From contig DAOPYW010000006.1 of NCBI GenBank assembly GCA_035353055.1, positions 1-54,969 of the forward strand: a DNA stretch of 54,969 bases, written 5' to 3'. The DNA is from Bacilli bacterium (GTDB taxonomy: Bacteria > Bacillota_I > Bacilli_A > RFN20 > CAG-826). Of this stretch, positions 47,570 to 54,969 are shown piece by piece. Both the position numbers and the translations under genes were made by a program. Numbering within the stretch: the first letter of the stretch is position 1; every line of letters begins with the position of its first letter. A model generated the notes under the pieces. That model saw nothing but the letters and a program-made list of their open reading frames with translations, ran no database searches and had not been told where the DNA came from.

Positions 47570-48676
47570 TTAATGATAAGGATTGACGATGATCGGACCA
47601 TCGACGCAGACGACGGTCATGATTCCGGCTTTCGTCAACCAATTTGAACCCCTTCTAACGTGCCGCCACTGCTCTTTAGTGCCGGCGTAATTGATGCGCT
47701 GTAAATTCGCGCAGTTGAAAAAGCAATTTGTGCCGATTGATTTAAGGCTGAGAGGGAGCGAGACTAATTTGAGATGTCCGCAGTTTGCAAAAGCGCCGCG
47801 GCCCAAAGCTTTGACACCTAACGGGACGATGGCGACGATTAAGTTCTGGTTCTCGCTAAAAGCATGGCCACCGATATTCTTGATGGTAGGAGGCAAGCCA
47901 ATCGCGGGAGTCTGCACTACTTTCTTGATTAGCTCTTCGCTGGCGTCATTAGTGATGCCTTCCTTAGCAGGCTCGGCATTCCCTTCGACTTTTTGATTAG
48001 CGCGAGAGAGATCGCCGATGTCACCGATAAAAATTTTATTTTTAAAGGCGGCGCTGTAGATGATTCCTAAGGCGATGAGACTAACTAAAGAGACGCCGAT
48101 ATAGATGTAATTGAGATAGCTTGACCAAGGGAAGAAGGCGAGCGTATAAGTCGGGGAAGAAATAAGGCTATAAATAAAGGTGATGAAGAGCTGTAAGCCA
48201 ATACCTAACCCGGCGAAGAAAGCGACAAAGAGAAAATAAAACCATGATAAGACATAAGGAGCTTTGAAGCGATGCATGCGACCGCGGAATAATAGCTCCA
48301 AGGCAAAGAATAAGAAGAAGATGGCAAAGAATGCCACCAAGGCATAGAGGACGGGAATAGCATAGGCAGCGATTAAAGCGACATATGGCATGTAAACTTG
48401 ACTAGAATCCGTCCCTAGTTGTACCAAGAGCCGGATGAAATCTGATCCAGTGCCTGTCAACGCTCCGATGAACACTTTTCCGATCATATCAATTGCAGTT
48501 AACCCGACCACCACGGTATCGGTTCCATCAGTGACGGTAACTTTCAACCAAGGGATAAAAATCATCGTGACTGGAATCGCGACGAGCAGTAAGCAAAAAA
48601 CAGCCGATAGAATCGCGCCAGTGCCAAAACGCTTAATTACTTTTACGCCATTGACTTCTTTGATTTGATTTTTCAT
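47570..48676 (-). CDS. Multi-pass membrane protein with C-terminal BspA-type leucine-rich repeats
   Basis: About four to five hydrophobic segments, then IKNIGGHAFSEN, VKALGRGAFANC, LKSIGTNCFFNC, YAGTKEQW. Confidence 0.8.
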   Translation of the reverse strand: MKNQIKEVNGVKVIKRFGTGAILSAVFCLLLVAIPVTMIFIPWLKVTVTDGTDTVVVGLTAIDMIGKVFIGALTGTGSDFIRLLVQLGTDSSQVYMPYVALIAAYAIPVLYALVAFFAIFFLFFALELLFRGRMHRFKAPYVLSWFYFLFVAFFAGLGIGLQLFITFIYSLISSPTYTLAFFPWSSYLNYIYIGVSLVSLIALGIIYSAAFKNKIFIGDIGDLSRANQKVEGNAEPAKEGITNDASEELIKKVVQTPAIGLPPTIKNIGGHAFSENQNLIVAIVPLGVKALGRGAFANCGHLKLVSLPLSLKSIGTNCFFNCANLQRINYAGTKEQWRHVRRGSNWLTKAGIMTVVCVDGPIIVNPYH

Positions 48677-48740
48677 ATTTCTACTTTATTATACACAATA
48701 GCATTGTGTTTGAATTGAGAAAAATGATTTAGGAACTTTT

Positions 48741-49601
48741 TTAAACGATGGGTTTTTCTTCTTCTTCAGGAGAAATCGCATCGAGTCGATCTTTTGCTTT
48801 ATCGATACCTTTTTCGCTAGCCTTCTGATACCAGAAGCAAGCTTTATGTAGATCTTTTGGCAAATAGAGGCCTTTTTCATAGCACATTGCGAGATTATAC
48901 ATCGCTCGTCCATCGCCTTTATTGGCGCCTTGCATATACCAATAGCTGGCTTTGGAATCGTCTTTTTCGACCCCTTGACCCTTGGAATACATGATGCCGA
49001 GATAATAATCGCATTGCTCATCGTTCATCTCGCTGCCAGCCACAAAATAATCAAAAGCGCGGCGGTAGTCTTGCTCAGTGCCTAAGCCCACATAAGAGCT
49101 GTAGCCGAGGAGATGGTAGATGTTGCGAGCGCCTAATTCCTTTGCTTTAGTAAGGCAAGCATAGTAGGCTTTTTCATCTCTTTCGATTCCCAAGCCTTTT
49201 TCATATAATTTAGCGAGAGTAATCAGGGCTTTGATATCCTGATTATCCGCCGCTTCTTTGATCAATGAGAAACCCAGTTTTTCATCTTTCTCACAGCCCA
49301 AGCCATGAACATATAATAAACCGAGATTGTGCTTGGCTTTGTTGTCTCCTCGACTGGCGGAGGATTGATATAAGGCAAACGCTTTGGCATAGTCGACATC
49401 AGTGCCGATGCCTTTTTCATAGAAATAACCTAATCGTCTCTCAGCGCTAGGATAGAGCTTTAAAGCCGCACGATAGACCACCTGAAAAGCGAGATCGGGT
49501 TTTTCAATCTCTATATAGTAATCAGATAGCTCTAAAGTGGCGTTCACATCGCCGATTTCTAAAGCTTTAACTTTTAGTGATTCAAGGTCTTTTTCTGTCA
49601 T
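48741..49601 (-). CDS. Sel1-like repeat protein
   Basis: Recurrent LG.xYx.G.G...D..KA..xY units (e.g. LGYFYEKGIGTDVDYAKA, LGIMYSKGQGVEKDDSKASYWY). Confidence 0.9.
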   Translation of the reverse strand: MTEKDLESLKVKALEIGDVNATLELSDYYIEIEKPDLAFQVVYRAALKLYPSAERRLGYFYEKGIGTDVDYAKAFALYQSSASRGDNKAKHNLGLLYVHGLGCEKDEKLGFSLIKEAADNQDIKALITLAKLYEKGLGIERDEKAYYACLTKAKELGARNIYHLLGYSSYVGLGTEQDYRRAFDYFVAGSEMNDEQCDYYLGIMYSKGQGVEKDDSKASYWYMQGANKGDGRAMYNLAMCYEKGLYLPKDLHKACFWYQKASEKGIDKAKDRLDAISPEEEEKPIV

Positions 49602-49686
49602 ACAGAAAAGAGTATATCATAATCGGAGAAAAAATAAAGAAAGAGTTTACTCTTTATTTAATGGATAAATATATCGAAATATTGTT

Positions 49687-50325
49687 TTATTCAGGCTTAA
49701 AAAGATCCATCAGCGAAGAGATGCGAATGTAGTCCGAGTCGTCGCAAAAAGCTCCGTCGCGATCGATGAGAATCGCTTCCACTCCCGCCTTATTAGCGGA
49801 GATAGTATCGTTAATCGCGTCACCGATATAAGCCACACGGCGTTTGCTGCCTCGATAACCAGCCATTTTCAAAGCTTCTAATATCGGTTTAGGAGATGGT
49901 TTAAATTCATCGGTCTCTTGATTTCCGGTATAGACCATAAAGGAATCATGAGGAATATGAAAGAAATCTAACACTTCTTTGACGTGAGGGATGTTATTGC
50001 TGGTCACTATTCCGCAAGGAATATGGTTGTCTCTCAAAAAGCGGATTAAAGGAATAGTGTCAGCAAATAATTCCGTTTGCTCCACGGATTTATGAGAGTT
50101 GAGATAGTAATTCAATCTCTCTACGAAATAATCGATATTTTCGTACGATCCGCCTTTTTCGCGATAGGATTGCTCGATCGGTTGGCGAGAGAAGATTAAA
50201 CTTTCTTCACGGGTAACAGTCAAGCCAATATCCCCAAAAGCATGGGTGAAGACATAGACTAACGAATTGAGGCTATCCACTAAGGTACCATCAAAATCAA
50301 AGAGATATAAATCATAGGTTTTCAT
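49687..50325 (-). CDS. HAD-superfamily hydrolase (phosphoglycolate phosphatase-like)
   Basis: FDFDGTLVDS, VTSN, KPSP, YIGDAIND. Confidence 0.9.
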   Translation of the reverse strand: MKTYDLYLFDFDGTLVDSLNSLVYVFTHAFGDIGLTVTREESLIFSRQPIEQSYREKGGSYENIDYFVERLNYYLNSHKSVEQTELFADTIPLIRFLRDNHIPCGIVTSNNIPHVKEVLDFFHIPHDSFMVYTGNQETDEFKPSPKPILEALKMAGYRGSKRRVAYIGDAINDTISANKAGVEAILIDRDGAFCDDSDYIRISSLMDLFKPE

Positions 50326-50400
50326 GAGTAATATGGTAAATAAAAAGAGCGGTTTATACAAGCAAAAACGCTCTTATCTTTGATTAATTAAATGGATAAA

Positions 50401-50427
50401 AAGAAAAAAGCCAGATTTTAATCTGGC
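50401..50427 (-). terminator. SPFH operon terminator
   Basis: GCCAGAT/ATCTGGC stem plus U-run on the minus strand. Confidence 0.7.
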
Positions 50428-50434
50428 CAAAGAG

Positions 50435-51382
50435 TTATTTGCTCTCTTTTTCTTTGATGACTTCGCTGATAGTTTTGGCGAGAGTGGCGACATTTTGTAA
50501 GTCGCTAGGAACGATGATTTTCGTCGCTTGGCCATCGGCTACTTTAGCGAGGGCTTCGTAGCTTCTTAAGGTTAAGACGGCAGCATCCGCTTTCGCTTCG
50601 CGAAGAGCCTTTAAGCCTTCTGCTTCAGCATTGCGAATCATCTTGATACCTTCACCTTCGGCTTCTTTGACTTTCAGAATGGAGATGGCTTCACCTTCGC
50701 TGCGGCGAATCTTTGATTCTTTCTCAGCTTCAGCGTTGAGAATCATGCTTTCTTTATTGCCTTGGGCAATCAAGATGGATGACTGTCTCTCACCCTCGGC
50801 TAAGAGAATCTTTTCGCGCTTTTCACGCTCGGCGCGCATCTGGCGTTCCATGGCATCACGAATATCTTTTGGAGGGAGAATATTCTTTACTTCGACACGG
50901 TTGACTTTGATACCCCAAGCATCGGTGGCATCATCCAGGATGGCGCGCATTTTAGCGTTGATAATATCGCGAGATGTGAGGGTATCATCGAGGTCTAATT
51001 CACCGATGATGTTGCGGAGAGTTGTGGCGCTTAAATTTTCGATAGCGTTCATTGGGTTCTCCACCCCGTAAGCATAGAGTTTCGGGTCAGTGACTTGAAA
51101 GAACACGACTGTATCGATTTGCATAGTGACATTGTCACTAGTAATGACTGGCTGTGGATCGAAATCCTTGACTTGCTCCTTCATTGAAGTGCGATGAGCG
51201 AGGCGATCGATAAAGGGGACGAGCATGTGAATGCCGGTGTTCCAAGTCTTGTGATAAGCCCCTAATCGTTCGACGACGCCTTTCTCAGTTTGGCGGATAA
51301 TTTTGATGCAGGAGATCAAAATAATAAAGACGACAAATACGACAATGCTAATTACCAGGATAGCAATTCCTAATGGTTCCAT
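50435..51382 (-). CDS. SPFH/Band 7 (stomatin-like) membrane protein
   Basis: N-terminal TM, VVERLG, PQPVITSDNV, WGIKVNRVEVK, QMRAEREKR. Confidence 0.93.
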   Translation of the reverse strand: MEPLGIAILVISIVVFVVFIILISCIKIIRQTEKGVVERLGAYHKTWNTGIHMLVPFIDRLAHRTSMKEQVKDFDPQPVITSDNVTMQIDTVVFFQVTDPKLYAYGVENPMNAIENLSATTLRNIIGELDLDDTLTSRDIINAKMRAILDDATDAWGIKVNRVEVKNILPPKDIRDAMERQMRAEREKREKILLAEGERQSSILIAQGNKESMILNAEAEKESKIRRSEGEAISILKVKEAEGEGIKMIRNAEAEGLKALREAKADAAVLTLRSYEALAKVADGQATKIIVPSDLQNVATLAKTISEVIKEKESK

Positions 51383-51406
51383 AATAGGTTCTTCTTTCTT
51401 TCTATT

Positions 51407-51847
51407 TTATTTTATTGGGCGAACAATCAGCTTGTTCCCATTGACCGCCACCACGACGACTTTAGCGCCCTCGGGGATCGGTTCTGATTCATCGGCGTTA
51501 ATCGCCGTCCAGACCACATCATTGATTTTGACTTCTCCGCGGTTGAGTTCGTCATAGCCTTTGACCATCACGCCTTTTTTGCCAGCGATTTCATCGATGT
51601 TACTATTGATGATATTTCGCTTTAATAATTTATTTGTTAGTGGCCTTAAGCATAAGAGCATCAATCCCGAGATGACGATGAAGACGATTAATTCAATCCA
51701 CCACGCCACTCCTGGAATAAAAGATATTATCAGAGTCACAATCGCCCCAATAGCAAACCAGACAGAGACTAAATCAGCAGTCAGAGCCTCAACAATAATG
51801 GCTAAGACAAATACTGAGAGCCAAATAATCCATAAGTATACTTCCAT
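51407..51847 (-). CDS. NfeD-like membrane protein
   Basis: Hydrophobic N-terminus, GEVKINDVVWTA, GAKVVVVAVNGNKLIV; adjacent to SPFH. Confidence 0.9.
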   Translation of the reverse strand: MEVYLWIIWLSVFVLAIIVEALTADLVSVWFAIGAIVTLIISFIPGVAWWIELIVFIVISGLMLLCLRPLTNKLLKRNIINSNIDEIAGKKGVMVKGYDELNRGEVKINDVVWTAINADESEPIPEGAKVVVVAVNGNKLIVRPIK

Positions 51848-51853
51848 ATCCGA

Positions 51854-52222
51854 CTATTCCTTTCCTGTGCAAATGGTGAGGATATTTTCTTTGTCATCCC
51901 ATTTGGTCTTGTATCTTCGAGGTGTTTCATCAAGAGCGATCCCTAGCGCACCTGCGATTTTCTTCATAATATCAGTCGAAGAGATGCGCGAATAACTCTT
52001 TTTAATCGCGATCTTTTGAATAGCATACTCATCGAGGTCACCCCTCAAAACTCGATCTTTGCTCAGCGGTTGGATAACTACATTGCCTTTTTCGTCAATT
52101 CCTACTTGCACGCAGTACGCGTATTCAAAAGGAACTGAGGCGACGGTATTCAAAGTAATGTTGGTGGCATATAGCGAAGCCACTCCTTCTCTTTCCTTGG
52201 CATTTAACCATGTAATTTTCAT
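51854..52222 (-). CDS. Hypothetical soluble protein, first gene of the NfeD-SPFH operon
   Basis: 122 aa; AAGGAGG RBS; only 6 nt from the NfeD start. Confidence 0.8.
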   Translation of the reverse strand: MKITWLNAKEREGVASLYATNITLNTVASVPFEYAYCVQVGIDEKGNVVIQPLSKDRVLRGDLDEYAIQKIAIKKSYSRISSTDIMKKIAGALGIALDETPRRYKTKWDDKENILTICTGKE

Positions 52223-52244
52223 CGCATTACCTCCTTATGGGATT

Positions 52245-52284
52245 ATTATGCAACAATGTTCAAAAGAGTTCAATATAATTCAAA
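52245..52284 (-). promoter_or_regulatory. Promoter of the hypothetical-NfeD-SPFH operon with three 10 bp-spaced direct repeats
   Basis: TTGAAC (52268-52273), 17 nt spacer, CATAAT (52245-52250). Plus strand GTTCAAA-aga-GTTCAAT-ata-ATTCAAA. Confidence 0.55.
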
Positions 52285-52320
52285 CATTTTATAATTTTTT
52301 CATTATTTAATGCAAAAGCA

Positions 52321-52349
52321 AAGAAAAAGGAGTGGATTCGGCCACTCCT
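52321..52349 (-). terminator. Surface-protein gene terminator
   Basis: AGGAGTGG/CCACTCCT stem plus U-run on the minus strand. Confidence 0.75.
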
Positions 52350-52372
52350 AATTATCTTGTTAATCTTTTAGA

Positions 52373-53296
52373 TTACTTGATTTCTTTTTTCTTCTTAAGA
52401 AATAAGGCAATGCCTAAGATGGCGATAGAGGACATCGCGACGATGACCACTACATAGATGTTGCTCGAGGCTGTCTGAACTCTGCCGGTTTGAGTAGCGA
52501 GAGCATGACCCATGAAGTTGCTGTAGCCATACTTATTGACAATAAGAATGTATCTGGCAATAAAGTCGGCTATCTCTGCGCTGTTTGTATCAGATGCAGT
52601 CGCTGCTGTTAAGCGGGCTTGTGCATAGGAATCCAAAGCGGAATAGTTTGCTGATAATGTTGCCCAAGTTTCAGGTGTAACATTTGAAGCCGCGCATTCA
52701 GCATCGAGTGACACATTGGAAGCAGTAGCAAAACTAATAGCATCGTCGGTGTAAGAAATCACAGTCGGTGATGTTAATTCATAGGTGCCACTGTTGTAAT
52801 TTTGTAAAGTCCCTTTAAATCTAGTGGTTCCGTTAATGATGGCATAGCTTCTTAAAGGATTGTCACTATAAACACCATAAATGAGAATATTGTCGCCTGT
52901 TGAACCAGTTCTGACAGAAGAAAGAGTCATATCTCTCTCAGAGCCAGCAGCTCTATTGGCTGTATTGAGGTTTGTGAGATAACCTTCAATTGTGACATAG
53001 TAAGCGGTAGTTGCACCAGAAGCAAGTCCGGAAGCAATTGTGTTGGCTTCAGCAATTGTTAATAAACCAGCGTTAACAGTAATATTAGCTGTTTTAGTAA
53101 CCTCGCCTTCAGTACAAGTCATCACTGCGGTAATGGTCGCTTGACCATAAGAAACCGCTTCATAAGCACCTGTTGAAGCACCGATAGAAACGATTGAACT
53201 TGCTGAAGATGACCAAACAACACTAGGGCTTGTTGCTCTTACAGCAGTGTAAGAAAGTGTTCCGGTGGCTCCAACTTCAACATTGCCTACTGGTAA
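52373..53296 (-). CDS. C-terminal part of a frameshifted membrane-anchored surface protein (Ig-like domain, C-terminal TM anchor)
   Basis: Frame is open from 53296: LPVGNVEVGATGTLSY...VVWSSSASSIVSI...GQATITA (Big_2-like). Ends IYVVVIVAMSSIAILGIALFLKKKKEIK. Confidence 0.75.
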   Translation of the reverse strand, partial: LPVGNVEVGATGTLSYTAVRATSPSVVWSSSASSIVSIGASTGAYEAVSYGQATITAVMTCTEGEVTKTANITVNAGLLTIAEANTIASGLASGATTAYYVTIEGYLTNLNTANRAAGSERDMTLSSVRTGSTGDNILIYGVYSDNPLRSYAIINGTTRFKGTLQNYNSGTYELTSPTVISYTDDAISFATASNVSLDAECAASNVTPETWATLSANYSALDSYAQARLTAATASDTNSAEIADFIARYILIVNKYGYSNFMGHALATQTGRVQTASSNIYVVVIVAMSSIAILGIALFLKKKKEIK

Positions 53297-53832
53297 TCAT
53301 CAATCGTGAAATCCGGTTCTGTTGCTGCACCATATGTCACGGTGAGACTAGTCATACCCGCAGTTGCTTTTGGCAAGAGCGTAACAGTTGTTGCGCCGGT
53401 TCCAGTAAGGGTAACATTGGTGCCACTAACGGCAAGAGTACCACCAGTAACAGTTGAACCGCCTAAAGCGGTGGCATATGTGGTTGTTGTGCAAACAAAA
53501 GAAATTGCAGAAATTGCGTTTGAGGAAGCAGTGATTATCACTTCCATTCCGTTGTAAACTCTTGTGGATGATCTAACGGTACTGCTCACAGGCGAATAGT
53601 TGTTTGCGGCAGTTGACGAAGTATTTTTATTGATTGTTAAAGTAACTTCGCCATTGGTGCATACAAGTTGATCTGCTGTGTTTGTAGTGAATTGACCAGC
53701 AGTTGACAAATCTAGAGAAGATGGACTTGCAGCACTAGCACTTTTCGAACTGACATTAGATAGACCAAAGCCAGCGCAAATTGCCATCATCGCTCCAACG
53801 GAGATAACGGCAATTTTTTTAAATAATTTCAT
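53287..53832 (-). CDS. N-terminal part of the same surface protein (signal peptide, Ser/Thr-rich beta domain)
   Basis: MKLFKKIAVISVGAMMAICAGFGL...SASA signal peptide; AAAGGAGG RBS; stops three codons after the apparent one-base deletion. Confidence 0.75.
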   Translation of the reverse strand: MKLFKKIAVISVGAMMAICAGFGLSNVSSKSASAASPSSLDLSTAGQFTTNTADQLVCTNGEVTLTINKNTSSTAANNYSPVSSTVRSSTRVYNGMEVIITASSNAISAISFVCTTTTYATALGGSTVTGGTLAVSGTNVTLTGTGATTVTLLPKATAGMTSLTVTYGAATEPDFTIDDYQ

Positions 53833-54120
53833 AATAGTTTTCCTCCTTTCGTGAGAAAGTTGAAATTATATTGTGATAGAGATTTTTTCGCTCATTTGAT
53901 TAATAAATCATCATGCATCCATGACTTAGCAATCATGAGATAAGTGAGAAGATCACGCTTGGAAAATTATTGTGGAGTTCTACCGAATTAGACCTTAATC
54001 AAAAAGATACGAACTCTTGATGACCGCAATGATTTTCTAATATCACGTATTTATTAAATCACATTACATCATAATATTTCAAATTTCAATATAAATTCGC
54101 GCTAATGCGTGTGTAAATGA

Positions 54121-54152
54121 AGAAAAAAAGGCTCTGCGAAGTGAAGAGCCTT
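54121..54152 (-). terminator. Terminator after the 54175-54861 gene
   Basis: AAGGCTCT/AGAGCCTT stem plus T-run on the minus strand. Confidence 0.75.
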
Positions 54153-54174
54153 GATAAATTGACGTTATTTTTGC

Positions 54175-54861
54175 TTAGTTTGCGGGGGCCACAACTTTTT
54201 TCTTGCGGAAGGCTAAAGGAACATAAATGAGGGTAAATAACCATGCTAGATAGGCGCAGACACCAAACGCGATATATCCGCCCGTTGCTAAAGCAAGATT
54301 GTTGGCTGAAGCAGCGATGACGACCAAGATAATGAGGGTGGTCAAACCGATGAAATAAAGACCAGTGTGAACTAGTACAAGCACAAGAGGCTGAGCGACA
54401 AATCGCTTGCCTTCCACCGGTGTATAGACTGGATCGCCAAGATTCTCATCCGCGGCCTTGACCAAATCCGGTTTAAATGGAACGGCGGTTAAGGAAGCGT
54501 AATAAACAGCGACTTCGAAGAGGATATAGCCGATGTAGATGATAAAGATCGATAATGACATGTAGACATAATAGAAGAAGATGACTGGGAAGCCGATGAA
54601 GTAGATGACTGCTTGAGTAGCATGCTGGACATCTTTGCTTTCCTGCTTGATAAAAGAGAGCAAGAACTCAGCGGGAAGCCCGATCAAGTAGAAGAAGAAA
54701 TAGACCACAGACAGCATTCCAAAGATGAAGAAGGCTGGGATGATGAATGGCAGCATCACGATGAAAGTAAGAATCGCGAGGAAGACAGGCATATGACGGT
54801 AATTCTTGAGCATCAAAAAGTCCATCATGTTTCTCCTGATCACTGAATAGTATTTTTTCAT
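54175..54861 (-). CDS. Hypothetical multi-pass membrane protein
   Basis: 228 aa, about five hydrophobic segments, AGGAG RBS, basic C-terminus. Confidence 0.78.
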   Translation of the reverse strand: MKKYYSVIRRNMMDFLMLKNYRHMPVFLAILTFIVMLPFIIPAFFIFGMLSVVYFFFYLIGLPAEFLLSFIKQESKDVQHATQAVIYFIGFPVIFFYYVYMSLSIFIIYIGYILFEVAVYYASLTAVPFKPDLVKAADENLGDPVYTPVEGKRFVAQPLVLVLVHTGLYFIGLTTLIILVVIAASANNLALATGGYIAFGVCAYLAWLFTLIYVPLAFRKKKVVAPAN

Positions 54862-54969
54862 AAACTAATCTCCTGATATTTTCAGTTTATGATATCTTAT
54901 TTCGCTTGACTACATAATTATGAAAAATCGCTAAAGCAGCGGTATTTTGCTCAAAATTAGGGGTTATTT

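Noticed and set aside
48689-49021. 110 aa minus ORF
   Set aside because: Off-frame overlap with the Sel1 gene; no SD.
53297-53302. TGA TGA readthrough as the explanation for the split surface protein
   Set aside because: The frame upstream of these TGAs is not the signal-peptide frame; a frame change is still required.
53975-54016. Purine-riboswitch-like TTCTACC...CCTTAA...TACGA on the plus strand
   Set aside because: P2 and P3 stems do not form, the 5' half is missing, and there is no plus-strand gene downstream.
1-54969. Whole-genome translation table 4; tRNA/rRNA genes, IS elements, prophage, CRISPR arrays
   Set aside because: All long conserved ORFs are intact under code 11 with TGG for Trp. 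I saw no tRNA cloverleaf, transposase, integrase or spaced repeat.

Overview
A mostly minus-strand housekeeping region from a low-GC Bacilli-type genome. The reduced gene set and short IF2 suggest a Mollicutes-related lineage, which is my inference. It holds about 50 genes in genetic code 11. In window order: the heat-shock locus (partial dnaK, grpE, hrcA, hemW, a small membrane protein, a Fic-fold protein with a degenerate active site, lepA); a nuclease-DinG helicase, fmt, a metallophosphoesterase, and a frameshifted acyl-adenylate ligase fused to an acyl carrier domain; rpsT, holA, comEC, comEA, greA and a chromate-transporter pair; DUF1292, ruvX, alaS with a T-box, mnmA, dtd, rarA, pdp, an RsmF-like methyltransferase, plsC, a mini SSB-like ORF, pullulanase, ftsK and rnjB; pnp, rpsO, ribF, truB, an inverted TtcA-GNAT fusion, rbfA, infB, nusA and rimP; then an accessory end with Hsp20 (double CIRCE), LicD, a membrane LRR protein, a Sel1 protein, a HAD hydrolase, SPFH/NfeD and a frameshifted Ig-like surface protein. 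I saw no tRNA, rRNA, CRISPR array or mobile element. Best leads: the Fic pseudo-enzyme in the dnaK locus, a coding-like frame upstream of rimP interrupted only by TGA codons, terminators whose 3' arm is the next gene's Shine-Dalgarno (comEA, mini-SSB), the TtcA-GNAT and ligase-ACP fusions, and several structured leaders. All calls come from reading motifs by eye; no database search was run.
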